Shown: positions 38,349-53,835, numbered from the whole stretch's first letter. The stretch: DNA of 63,656 nt, filler included, from Cercozoa sp. M6MM (GCA_040357565.1; 11 parts of 11 records of this genome joined end to end with filler, not necessarily neighbours in it); one strand, 5' to 3'. Numbers and translations are program-made. Notes: generated by a model from the letters alone, not told the origin.

Positions 38349-41300
38349 ACGCGACAGAGCGGCCGCAATGTGCGTCTCTGACATCGACTGCCTCGCTGCC
38401 TGTCGGGCGGGGGGGGGGGGGAAAGGGGGGGGGGGGGAGGGGGGGGGGGGGGGTAAACCTCCAACTCGGCGTCCATGGCGTCGATGCGCACGATGAGGTC
38501 GCGGCACTCCTGCGTCGTCGCCGACGAGAGCACCTTGCCGCCCAGCTGCTCGGCCGCGTTCACCGCCGCTACGGAAGGGGGGTAAGGTGGGGTAAATAGG
38601 TGTGTAAATAGGTGTGTAAATAGAGGGTCAGATGGGGGTAAGATTGGGAGTAGAGAGGCGCGTAAACACGGGTGTTAATAGGGGTGTAAACAGGGATGTA
38701 AACATGGTGTAAACAGGGGTATAAATAGGGGTAAACAGGGTGTAAACATGGGTGTAAATAGGGATGTAAATAGCCGTGTAAACAGGGTGTAAACATGGGT
38801 GTAAATAGGGGGGGGGGTAAGATGAGGCTAAATGGGGAGGGGCAAGTAGGGGTAAAGCACCCTCAAGCTGCACACGATCGACAGCAGCCAGAGCGGCGTG
38901 CTGCTGCTGCGTCACCGCCTCGATCTCCTGCAGCGCCGACTCGGCCGCCTGCGAGTGCGTCGATCGCAGGTTCACCTCGCTGCACAGGGGTGGGTGAAGG
39001 GTACACCGGGGGGGGGGGGGAAACTACCGACACAGCGCCAGTGCAGCACGTAGAGCCTCCTCGTCCACTTCCTGCAGACACCGAGAGTTAAAGGGGACGA
39101 AGAGAGGGGGGTAAAACGCACCAGGAAGGCCGTCCGGCACTGCTCGTTGGCCTGCGCGACCTTGTCGAACAGCGCGCGCGCACTCCGCACCAACGAGTTG
39201 CCGTAGTCGTACTTGTCGGCCTGTACCAGGGGGTGGGGTCAGACGGGGGTAGGGGGGTAGGGGGGGGGTAAACCTGCGCCAGGGCGCGCTTGAGCTGCGA
39301 CTCGTCGACGGCCGCCATGGCTGCCTCCAACGCGCGCTTCGTGTTCGGGTCCATGCGGTTCTCTATGTACTGGTCGAACAGCCTGCGGGGGAGGGGGCAA
39401 GTAGGGGGTAAACATAGAGGTAAGTAGGGGGTAAACATAGGGGTAAGTAGGGGGTAAACATGAGGGTGAGTAGGGGGTAAACATGAGGGGCAAGTAGAGG
39501 TAAACATGAGGGTAAGTAGGGGGTAAACATAGGAGTGAGTAGGGGGTAAACATGAGGGGTAAGTAGGGGGTATACAGGAGGGGTAAGATGAAGGTGGGGA
39601 GGGGGGTAAACAGGGGGGTAAAACTACCGGTTGGCCTCGGCCACCACCGGCTCGTCCTGCAGCGACAACTCGTTGGAGCGCCGCACAGCACGCGCGAACT
39701 GCTTGAAGAACTCGAGGCACTGGCCCGAGTAGCCCGGCGTGTGGTAGCCCGGCAACGAGTCCGGCCGCGTCTTGTTCAACTCCTGGGAGAGGGGCAGGGG
39801 TAAAGGGTAGAGGTAGAGGGAAGGCAGGGGGTAAAGGGAAGGTAGGGAAGGTAGGGGTTAAGCACCTCCAGCTCCTGCACGAGGCGCGCGCGTTCGAAGT
39901 GAATCGAGCGCCGCAGCTCCATGGTCTTGTGCTCGTTGGACCGGTAGAACACCATGCTGCGTCCGAAGCGCACGTTGCTCATGTTGAGTCGGAACTGCTG
40001 CACCAGCGCCTCGCAGCCCGACAGTCTGTACCCCGTCCATATGTACACGTCCATATGTACCCCGTCCATACATGTACCAAGTCCATACATGTACCCCGTC
40101 CAATGTAAATACGGACATTTAAAAATATATATATATATATATAATATATATGTCACTACCCGGACGAGCGCTCGCCAAACACGACGCCATAACGCTCGCA
40201 AAAGTCCGAATGTTTCAAACGGAACGGGTAGCCCTACCGGCCAAGACCGGGGGGGGGGGTAAAGAAGGGGGTAAGACAGAGGCTTAGGGGGTAAGACAGG
40301 GGCTTGACCTACCAGCTTGCGAATCCGCACGGCCTCGTAGACACCCGAGTAGTTCAGCTGCTCGTGCACGTTGCGCGCCGTGAAAGCCATCGGGGCCTGG
40401 GGGGTAAGCAAGGGTAAGCAGGGGGAGGGGGGTAAGCAGGGGGATAGGCATGGGTGGGTAAGCACCTTCTGCTCGTTGGGCTTGATGCAGCGAATGTAGT
40501 GCGGCGACGTCGAGTAGAGCTGCGTCATGAGCACGTCGAGCTGCTGCTTGAACTGCTTGCCAAGCGATGCCTTGCGGTCGCTCTGCCCGTTGTTGCCGGC
40601 GAACAGCGTCTGCAGCAGCGGCAGGTGCGACGCGTGTACCAGGTCCAGCAGGTCCTGTCAGGGGAGAGCAAGGGTAAGCATAGAGGCTAAGCAAGGAGGG
40701 TAAGCATAGAGGGTAAGCAAGGAGGGTAAGCAAGGAGGGTAAGCAAGGAGGGTAAGCAGGAGGGTAAGCAGGAGGGTAAGCAAGGAGGGTAAGTCGAGGG
40801 GTAAACCTGAGACAGCGTGTCGCGGTTCTTGTCCATGAAGCCGTTGACGTTGTAGACCACATCGCCAGCGTAGTGCGACAGCACGAACGTGTCACTGCGG
40901 GGGAGGGGATAGGGGGGGGTAAACAGGGGGTAAAGGGGGTAAACCGTCCGTAGCGCGTGTCCTGCCGGTAGTAGCGACTGCCGCGGTGCTGCGTGAGACA
41001 CTTGTGCAAATAGCTCTCGTCGGCACCCTTGGGCATCTTGAGTTCCTCGTCCTGCACACACAGTTGTCCATATGTACCGTCCATACCAGCCTGCTGCCTC
41101 ATCCTTAATCAAACTTAAGGCTCCGGGGTACCAGTTTGGCCAGCAGGCCATGCGGCGCCTGTTCGATCAGGTCGAGGATCGGCTGGTTGTCCACAAAGTC
41201 GACGTGCTCAAAGTCAATCGCCTCTCTGGGGGGAGGGGGGTAAAGGGTAGGCAGGAGGAGGGATAGGGAGCACAGGTACCGCAGGTAGGTCTCCTCCTCC

Positions 41301-41460
41301 TTCTTGAAGACGTTCTGATTGAAGTTCTGCTGCAGTTTCTCGTTGGTGAAATTGATGCACAACTGCTCGAACGAGTTCTGCTCGAAGATCTCGAATCCGA
41401 AGATGTCCAGGATGCCGATCGTCTTCTCGTCACGCGGCGTTCCCGCAGGCACCGCCATCG
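38349..41460 (-). CDS. Myosin heavy chain: C-terminal half of motor domain plus helical tail (both ends truncated)
   Basis: [31 protein letters not shown] (switch II/relay), L|[48 protein letters not shown]|[14 protein letters not shown]; all junctions checked are GT-AG. Confidence 0.98.
38570..38860 (-). repeat. Representative intron made of TTTAC(A/C)CC(C)n repeats (family present in dozens of introns)
   Basis: Sense strand reads ..gtttacaccctgtttacccctatttatacccc..; similar arrays at 33764-33854, 39385-39627, 40655-40806, 42279-42436, 43026-43126, 50600-50950, 56465-56700, 56977-57360, 61520-61688, 63386-63634. Confidence 0.9.
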
Positions 41461-41607
41461 CTAATCAAAGAGGGAGTAGGGGAGGGGGGTCAGGGGGGGG
41501 GGNNNNNNNNNNNNNNNNNNNNNNNNNNNNNNNNNNNNNNNNNNNNTTAATTAATTAANNNNNNNNNNNNNNNNNNNNNNNNNNNNNNNNNNNNNNNNNN
41601 NNCACAG

Positions 41608-44585
<2,978 letters not shown>

Positions 44586-44785
44586 GTAGTTTACCCCCTC
44601 CCTACCACTCCACCACCCTCTTTTNNNNNNNNNNNNNNNNNNNNNNNNNNNNNNNNNNNNNNNNNNNNTTAATTAATTAANNNNNNNNNNNNNNNNNNNN
44701 NNNNNNNNNNNNNNNNNNNNNNNNCCTGCCGGGGGGGGGGGTAAGGGTAAGGAGAGAAGGGGTAGGGGTAAACAGCAGTAGTACA

Positions 44786-45839
44786 TGAGTTGCGCCTCCT
44801 CGGGCTCGCCGAGTGCACCACCGCCGTTGGGCGCCACCACACCAAGTTTCTACTTGCAGTTGGGTAGGAGGGGTTAGAGTAAATGGGAGGCAAAGGGAAT
44901 TGGGGGGAGGGGAGGATAAGAAGGCACCTGCAGCACGGCGTGCAGCTCCTCCTTGGTGAAAGCGTCGGCCTGAGCGTGCAGCTTCTTGAACTCGACAATC
45001 TTCTCCTCGTCAGTTTCGTCCTTGAGCAGTGCCTCCAAGTGCGCCTCCAGCAGCTGGAAACATCCACATTAAAACGGATGCACACAAGCAGTTCGTTAGA
45101 CTGGCTACATACCTTGTCAGCACGGTGCGGCGTGCCCTTCTCGTCACGCACCATGAGATCGAAGAACTTGGCCACGTGACCACTGTGCATGGCATCATGT
45201 ATATGGCATCACGGGGTAAACATCGAACGGGATAAGTGAGAGGGCAAAGGTACCTCGCACACAGCACTGGCTCAGGCGTGAGAGCCGGCGTTTCGACCTG
45301 CAGCATGTCCTCGGCGTACACAAAGTGCTGCGTCCACAGACGCAGAATGTTCTACGTCCAACCAAGAAAGCAAACTTCAAAAAGCAAGCAAAGCAGCATT
45401 AAAGCACTAGAAAACACAGCGTGTATACCTCCTTGAGCGCACATCCGGCCGGGCCAAAGTCGTAAAGACCCTTCTCACCACCTGAAGACACATAGACCAT
45501 TATTTTTGAAATTTGCTTTCTCGAAGAAAGCTTAAAGCAAAAACAAAGCTAGCAAAGCATAAGCAATCTACCGTAGATCGACGCCGTCTGTCCGTAGACA
45601 AAGTTGCGCTTGCAGCACTCCTGCAGGAACGCCTTGTTGCGCGTGAACTGCTCGGCCGTGGCCTGACCTGCGCATTTATTACTGGCATACACAGCAGGGG
45701 AAAAACGCCAGGCACTGACCAAAGCAACCACAACAAAGGACCAAAGCAACCACAACAAAGGACCAAAGCAACCACCAGCAAAGGACCAAAGCAACTCGAA
45801 ATGTTTGAGGCGACGTTGCAACGTACTCTCTTGCGACAT
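44786..45839 (-). CDS. GARS: Glycyl-tRNA synthetase (alpha2 eukaryotic type), N-terminal exons; in-frame upstream extension to ATG 46058
   Basis: IYG|GEKGLYDFGPAGCALKE|NILRLWTQHFV..LTPEPVLCAS|GHVAKFFDLMVRD..HRADK|LLEAHL matches GlyRS motif 1 and its flanks. Confidence 0.95.
45716..45796. repeat. 22-bp minisatellite (aaaggaccaaagcaaccacaac), about 3.5 copies, in a GlyRS intron
   Basis: Direct tandem copies visible in the sequence. Confidence 0.85.
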
Positions 45840-46140
45840 CAGTGGGAATAACGAGAAGCGGCGAAATGCTCCTCCAGCGACTGCACTGACTCGGAACACC
45901 GCGAACCGGGGAGTTTTACCTAAGCGGGTCCACAGAATAGTTCTGCGCACACCGCTACCGCTACTGCGTGCTTTGACGGAGCCTCGAGCGCCGCAGTAGT
46001 TTTCTTTTAATCTTGTTTGGTACACTGTGACGTGGATTTCCGGCGCTCCGACAGTCATTTTTTCAACTGAAAATTTTGCAGCGCACGGTAGTTTCGCTCA
46101 TTTCATTTAACTAAGCATTGAAGCCAATTATGATTAATTT

Positions 46141-46911
46141 CTATTCATCCAGCATTTCGTTTTGATCGACCTCTTCTTCCTCCTATCGGATGGGGCGAAC
46201 GATGGACACAATACGAGGAAAAGCCAATTGGTACCTCATCATCATTCAGAGACGCAGCAGCAGCTTGCACTTGCTTCATGTGTCTGTCATCGAGACAAAG
46301 TAGGTGTACACCAGAGTTACAGGGACATTGTGTGAGGGTTACCGTTGTGAGTCCTTCTTCTGTCGAACAGTCTGTCGGAATTCTTGCAGGTAGTCGCCTG
46401 CAGGTGTCGAGTTAATTTCAAAGTGAAAATGTGCAGCATATTTTCCAAAAACAAAAAGTGGTACCAAGAGGCTCGAGGAACTCTTCGAAGCCCCAATCAT
46501 GAATGGCACGCATCATGTCCTATGTGCGTCGCTTTCTTTTGTCATTGAGCAAACGAGCCCACACCTTAAGCGAATCGTACCTGGGCAGACACAATGGAAC
46601 GCTTCTCGAGTGCGCAGTGTTCGCGAGCGGTGTCAGTCATACACATGATAAAGATCGCTGCTGCGTGCGCGAGAGCGTCTTTGGCCTGGCACACAAGCGA
46701 CAATAGGAGGTCGAAATACCCAAGCGGACATTAATACCTCCTTGCTACACGCTGTTCCTTCCGGCGTTGATCGCTGAACAATTCTTCTGACCTAAAGACG
46801 CACACATGTTATTGGAAGGCAAGAAATCACACAAACGTAAAGTACGGTGGCGTGTGGCAAGTCGTAGTTTTTTACGCCAGATTTCTTCTTGCCCGAATTG
46901 GCCTCACTCAT
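46141..46911 (-). CDS. POLE3: Histone-fold protein POLE3/CHRAC17/DPB4 (absent from ORF track; 7 small exons)
   Basis: MSEANSGKKKSGVKNYDLPHAT|VRRIVQRSTPEGTACSKE|AKDALAHAAAIFIMCMTDTAREHCALEKRSIVSAQ|DMMRAIHDWGFEEFLEPL|GDYLQEFR.. acidic tail EEEEVDQNEMLDE-TAG; H2B-like fold with the AAxxFI pattern of DPB4. Confidence 0.85.
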
Positions 46912-47431
46912 GATGGCGATTGAGACTGACTAAACGGTACTGTATTTTTACTGTTCACACTAGTGTCGCAATCGTAACCGGGCCCCAAAGAACTGAGAAC
47001 GCAGCCCTCGTTTTGTTGGCTACATTTTCTTTTAATTTTTGACAACAACATGCTATTCGTTCAGCAGACTTCTTGAATAACAAGATACTGGATAGACACA
47101 ACGTCTAATCCACTAGGAAGGCTGATCATGCGATTCATTTCGCTAGATCTATTATTTGGTACCACAGTGAGTCGATGACCAATGATCGGAATCAAAGCAG
47201 CACCCAGAGATTTGATCCTGCTTGCTTTTCAGTAGTTTGTGCAGCGTGTTGCATCAGAAGGCATTGTGCCTAACAACACGTAACTTCGTTATTGTCCCCG
47301 GTGCGGGCGTTTCTGAGTTTCTGCGTTGGCGTGGGTGCGTTGGTGCGGATCCAAACGGTCTCGCAGGCCAAGTCGCGTCATTGTTCCATCACCGTCAAAG
47401 TCTCAAGTCTCAAGTCGTAGTCACACAGTCA

Positions 47432-49772
47432 ATGTCACTCTCATCAACACCGAAGATCACGAGCCGGTTGCTCGAAAACGGCACAATCGTGCTTAGTGAC
47501 GGCTCTGTCGTCGAACTGGACAGCATCAAGTCACCACACGTGTTGCAGGTCCCTTTAGACCCGACGCGACACAAGGGCGTTCCTACGAAGTATCGCCTGC
47601 CCCCTGCGCCCACCGAGCGCGCAGACGTCACCGACGAGCTCGGTAAAGCTCTAACTGAGTCCTTGCAGAGGCAGTTTTTTTTTAATCCACTATTTTCGCA
47701 CAGGCAACTACGTGCCACACGCCGGCGCCCTCATCGGGCTTCATTACCGCGTAGTAGCCGTGATCGGCCGAGGAGCTTATGGTAGAGATGTTAGAGTCTT
47801 CTGTTTTGTTGGAGACGAGGGTTCTTCCTCAGGAGTGGTCCTGCGCTGCGTGGATATGCGCAAACTGCACCTGGCCGATCGAGAGGCCCACGTAGTAAGC
47901 TTATGCTTCGAGTAAAAGGGAACATCATAAATATCCTGTGTTAATGAGTTTACCGCAGGCAATCAAAGTGTTCAAGTGCTTTCAAAAGTACCAACGACGT
48001 GCGGAGCGCGAGGTTTCTTCTGCCTTTTTTTTTTGAGACGTACGGAGTCACCCCTGTGTAGGCTGCCGTGCTGCGGTACGTGAAGCGCAAGGCTCACGCG
48101 CACGTCGAACGACTGCGAGAGACCTCCAATCCAAACCAGCAGACTTCCAACGAGGACGACAAGTGCGACGAGGATTTTCCCAACGTCGTGACACTTTTGG
48201 ACTCGTTTTCGTTCTTTGGACACCGGTAGATTCGTTCTTGACGTCCTGTAGTGTCTTATATTGCGTGTATGTGTGCCCAGGTGCCTGGTGTTTCCTTTGC
48301 TGGGTCCGTCGCTGTATCAGTTGACGAACTACAACCACTACCGCGTAGCTTTACCTGTGTGTGTGCCTGTCTGTGTGTCTACAGTACTTGAGAGTATCCA
48401 CAGGGACTGCCTCTGTGCGTGGTACGCAATCTGACACTGCGTCTGGGCATGACATTGGACTTCTTGGCCTCCGACCACGGTTCAGGTAGGCCCTCGTGTA
48501 TCCCTAAGTGTGCTACTAGTACACCGGTTGGTGCAGACGGACGTCCTGTTGTACATGGCAATGTGCGTCCTGAGAACATTTGCCTGGTCCCACGGCGTGA
48601 TTCGGAGCGAATGCGGCGGTACCACTCTCTCTGTCTCGGAGCAGGTATGTGCGGATTGGATTGATGCAGTCGGAATGTGCAAGTGGTGCAACGCTTGCTG
48701 CGAGGCCGTCTGCCGCCGGTGCAGTTGGAGGAGGTGCCTCCCTTCTGTGGCACAGAGAACACGGCGTACTACAACGAGCTGTTCGACATGCCTGTGTCTC
48801 GGCGCGTGGAGGATCACATGCGACGCCAGCTTTTTGGTTTCGGTGCGCTCGCTTGGCTTGTCTCCTATCTATCTAAGTTTAGTGTATATCTAGTACATAC
48901 AGGCGAGGCCGACCTGCGCAACATGGACGTTGTGCTCATTGGTTTCGGCAGTGCCACGCCTGCGGATCAGTTGCACTTGTTGCCACCTGCACAGTCTCGG
49001 TGTGTCTCTGTGTTTGTTTGCGCATACGCGCATGTTAGAGGCATATGATATGCGTGCAGGTACTACCGTGCTCCCGAAGTGCTACTGGGCAATCGAAGTG
49101 GACTGCCAGTCGATACATGGTAGCACTAGTGTGTACTACACGAAAGAAGGCTATCTGTTGGGTGATACACAGGGCACTTGGTTGCGTTGCCGCCGAGTTG
49201 GCCACAGGACGCGCAGTTTTCGCGGCTGTCTCGGAGCGAGAGCAGTGTGGTACAGCTTGGTATTTTGAGAGAGTCGAGACAAGTGATAAATTGGTGCGTG
49301 TGCTTAGTGATGATAAAGGAGCGCATCGGCTTTCCTGACCCACAGTAGGCTTGTGTATTTTCTGACGCATATATGTCTCTCTGTATATATAGGTATTTTT
49401 TTAATATCTAAGTTTATATATAATATATATATATATATAATGTATATATATAATGTGGGCGGTGCAGACTCTGGGCACTGTCGCCGCGTGCTGACACTTT
49501 TGTCGACTGCTTCTTGTCGCCGGCACTCGTGTCGCATGCCAAGTAAGACAAGCAGATGCGCTTGCAGTGTATTCCCCAAGACTGTGTGTTGTGTGATAGG
49601 GATTTGGGATTCCTTGGTGCCAGTTCGCGCATTGATGAGGTGTGTTTCCTGATTTCTCGTCTTAAAGGTGTCTCAAGGCAAATTATGTTAAGCAGGACAA
49701 CCAGTTGGAGTGCTTCTTGGATCGACTGGTCGCGTGCAGTGACGCCATTCCGGGTTGCACCGAAACCGACAA
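47432..49772 (+). CDS. DYRK/HIPK/CLK-group (CMGC) kinase-like protein, predicted pseudokinase (3'-truncated)
   Basis: YRVVAVIGRGAY|GVVLRCVD, AIKVFK, LLDSFSFFGH|RCLVFPLLGPSLY, VHGNVRPENI, VVLIGFGSA, QSR|YYRAPEVLLG..VDTW|ALGCVAAELATG. Confidence 0.88.
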
Positions 49773-49817
49773 GTACAGCACATCATACCTTTGGCTTGCT
49801 CACTATTGTTGGCACTA

Positions 49818-49910
<93 letters not shown>

Positions 49911-50031
49911 NNNNNNNNNNNNNNNNNNNNNNNNNNNNNNNNNNNNNNNNNNNNTTAATTAATTAANNNNNNNNNNNNNNNNNNNNNNNNNNNNNNNNNN
50001 NNNNNNNNNNCCCCCCCCTGACACAAGGTAC

Positions 50032-51505
50032 CTCTGCCGGCCAGACCGGGCGTGACGAAACTGATTCGCAGAGTGTGCAGTGTCTCGGACACGCTGCAAT
50101 GTGATGAGTATTCGTACCCTTTGCCCATCACCCTTCACCCCCTCCCTGTAAGCAAAGGTACGACTCGAGTTTCACATCGCGAATGATGGAGACGTGGAAG
50201 GGCACCCAGGCTCCGTTGATCGGCGCCAGCAGCGCGTTGCGCTTCATGTCCACGTACCTACGGGAGGGGGGAGTAAGGGTAAAGGGGGTAGGGGTAGATA
50301 GGGAAGGGGGGTACAGTTTGGGCGCCGAAGCGCGTACGACAGGCAGGTCGGCGGGACCAGCGTATGCGACTGGGTCGGACCACTCCTTCTTTCGCTTGGC
50401 CGAGAAGAGCTCCTGCAGTGTCACGTCCGGGTCACTACACAGGAGTTAGGGTCCGCGCGGACACATTAAAATACAGAGAGGTGTATTCGTACTTGAGCTG
50501 CTCGATCATTTCGCTGCAGCGTTCGCGAATGAGTCGTTTTTGCTTGCGCTGCCGCTGCACTTCGTTCTCGCGCATCTTTTGCATCTCCACCTCCTGTCCA
50601 GGGGGGGGGGGGGTAAAGGGGTAAAAGGGAGGTAAGTGAGGGTGACACACCTTGCCCGCATTGCGCTTGGAGCGGCGTCGACCGCCGGGACCGGTAGTGT
50701 AGGCGCCACTCGGCAGCTGCTCCACGTCGACGTCCTCCTGCGCCGTGTCCAGCGAGTACGAGATCTCGTCCAACTGTACACACCGAGGGAGGGGTAGAGG
50801 GTCGGGGGAATAGGGGGAATAGGGGATAACATGAAGGGGGGGGGGGGGTAAACCTTGAGAGGCGCACGTGTGCACAGGACAGGCTCGCCGTACTTGTCGC
50901 CCTCCTAGGGTGGGGGTAATGGAAGGCAAAAGAGGTAAACAGGGATAAAGGGAAATAAGAGTACCTCAACCGACAAGTACAGCGTGTCGCGCACCAGCAG
51001 TGCATATGGCACTGCTCTGTCGGGAGGGGGTAAAGGGGAAGGGTTAGGGTGCAGAAAGGGTTGAACCGGCATGCGACAGGCGAAACCTCCTCCGAAGACG
51101 GGTCGCTCAGTCCGGCGAATCCCACCGACAGCACCAACACCTGCGCGGGGGGNNNNNNNNNNNNNNNNNNNNNNNNNNNNNNNNNNNNNNNNNNNNNNNN
51201 NNNNNNNNNNNNNNNNNNNNNNNNNNNNNNNNNNNNNNNNNNNNNNNNNNNNGGGGGGGGGGTAAGAAGAGCAGTGACACACCGTGCCAGGAACGACGCG
51301 TGTGTCGCTGTCGGCGGCAAAAGTTTGTCGCTCGTCAAACAAACGTGGCTACAATGACAAGTGTAGCTCCGTATGGACACACCAAGGTCCATATGGACGA
51401 GATCCGTACCCCGACAGTCCAACCGACGTTGTCGCACATGGCCGCGAGCAACGTCTGCAAACAGGCAAGTCTTACCCCCTTACCCACTTCCCAGGTGTGT
51501 GTGCG

Positions 51506-51536
<31 letters not shown>

Positions 51537-52187
51537 ACATCAGCGTCGGCGCCGGCGTGCTGTCGAATCGCCTGCTGTGCCGTCGCGAACAAATCCGCTC
51601 CCGTGCACTCGCCTGGGTGAAAGGGGTTAAATAAGTTTAAGAGGTTAAATGGGTTAAATAAGTTTAAGGGGTTAAATAAATTAAATGGATAAGAGGTAAA
51701 ATGGGTGAAAGGAGTTATAAGTTTAAAGGGTTAAATGGGTTAAAAGAGAATACCCTTCTTGAGCCGCTGTCGCAGCGCGACGTAGACGCGCAACAAAACG
51801 CGATAACGCGCGCGTTGCCGCTCCGTTGGCGACACCTATTTTTTGAGGGGGGTAAGGGACAAAGGGAGCGGGGGTAAACGGCAGCACCAGCAACGTGCGC
51901 GCCGCCATACCGACGCCGCCGTCGAAACGACTGGCGACGTTCACAACGATCGGACAGCCTGAGCCGACGTTCATCCTTGCCGAGTTTGACCTAAGGGGTA
52001 CAGGGATAAAGAGAGTCAGGTAGCAGAGTGGTAAGGGGTAAGGGTAAGGGCAGGGTAAGTGGGTAGGGTAAGTGGGTAGGTAGGGTCAGTGGGAAAGTAG
52101 AAGGTGGGTATACGCAGCCCGCGGCGACAGATCGAAGCCGCCGCTGCGCGACTGTACCAGCGGTGGCTGCAGACACCACACAGGTTT

Positions 52188-52229
<42 letters not shown>

Positions 52230-52329
52230 NNNNNNNNNNNNNNNNNNNNNNNNNNNNNNNNNNNNNNNNNNNNNNNNNNNNNNNNNNNNNNNNNNNNNNN
52301 NNNNNNNNNNNNNNNNNNNNNNNNNNNNN

Positions 52330-52381
<52 letters not shown>

Positions 52382-53835
52382 CAATGATACCGAGGGCATC
52401 TCCAGATGCTCAGCAGACAGTGGCAGGCCCATTCGCGATGCCTAAAAGGTAGGAAGTAAGGGTAGGGCGAGGGGAGGGAATAAACAAAACAGATTGGCTA
52501 CCTCGGCCTTCAAGGATGCCGTATTGCCGCTGTGTGCTTCCGCTGCAACACAGGGTTAAGGGCGACGTCAAAGGATAGGGTGGGGGGAAGGGGTAAGAGC
52601 ACACGCACCGATCTTGTGCACGAGGTCGGCGTGTTTCCACGTGCCGCGAGTCAGAGCGTCCTGCAGCAGCGGCAGCGCCGATTTTCGCAGCACCGTCGCC
52701 GCCCACTCACTTGCCATCTATAGTTGGGAGAGGAAGGGGGTAAGGAGGGTGAATGCGGGTTAAAGAAGGTATTAGCCACCTTCGAACGCGTCAGTTCAAC
52801 GGCGGTTTTGCGCGCGAAAAAACCCGAAATCGCCGGTGCTGCGTCAATACCTTCGAGTGCGCTTTCGCCTGCATCCGCGTGCACACACAGTATACAAGAA
52901 ATCGACACAAAGAAAACAACAAAAGAAGAGAAACAACAAAGGCAAGGCACCAATGCTGTTGTAGACAACTGCGCCAAAGTCGGTGCCGGCGCCAACGTTC
53001 GCATCCGCCAGCAGCGCCACCTGCGGCGACGCACTGCAAGAGAGTAAAGGGGTAAAGGAGCAAGGAGGGTAAGAGGGTAAGAACAGCCTACGACAGCAGC
53101 AGATCGACCACGGCTTGCGCCGCTTCCGGCAGTGCGTTCTTCTTGCGCACGGCGAAACTCAGCGACGCGACTTGCTCACCCTGTGAGACACACATGCACA
53201 CATACCCATACATTGAGACCTGACAATGAGAAGGTTAACTCACATCTGGGTGCGCCTGGCCGAGCTGGTCCTTGAGAATCGAGACTACTTTTTTTGAAGC
53301 CGTAATGTGCACCTGCAGTCATAAGAAAGCACGATCGGCAATCGGAAAACAAACATTAGTTTTCGCTTTACGCTGCGAACTGACCTGAAGAGCGCCATGT
53401 TTCTTGTGCAACGATAACGAGGCCTGAAATTACAGATTCAAACATTCGAACTAACGTCAAAACAAACAGAAGCTGCATACCGACTGGAACTCGATTTGGA
53501 ACAGCCACAACAGCAGGGCTGCCACCTGCTCATCGAGACCGCTTTAACTTCACAAAAACACGTATCTATGCAGAGATAAGAGAGAGACCAGTCCAGTTTC
53601 GGTCTCATCGTGCTTTCCCACAACGACGCAAAGTGACTCGTGCTGCTGCCACAGCTCCGCGCGGTCCTGCCGAAAACCACAAAATTAGACATCAGCACAG
53701 TAATAAGCCGTACTGTTACAGACTTTATCAAACTTAATTCCAAGTCTGGCAGCGCTCACACATCACAGAAGCGTGTACCGACAAGTCTTGGATCCGCTGC
53801 CAAAAGAGCGCCTTGTCGATCTCAACGCCACTCAT
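50032..53835 (-). CDS. SPT16: FACT complex subunit SPT16, N-terminal and dimerisation regions (3'-truncated)
   Basis: MSGVEIDKALFWQRIQ; AALLLWLFQIEF; PPLVQSRSGGFDLSP; AARTLL|VSPT; YALLVRDTL; YVDMKRNALLAPINGAWVPFHVSIIRDVK; LRISFVTPG. Confidence 0.9.

Noticed and set aside
53730-53750. Possible SPT16 micro-exon ACT TGG AAT TAA (T-W-N-stop) suggesting TAA reassignment
   Set aside because: The gene splices in frame without it; TAA ends FKBP, SerRS and GRIP, TAG ends POLE3 and TGA ends PiT; no in-frame stops in the conserved exons of myosin, ISWI or GlyRS.
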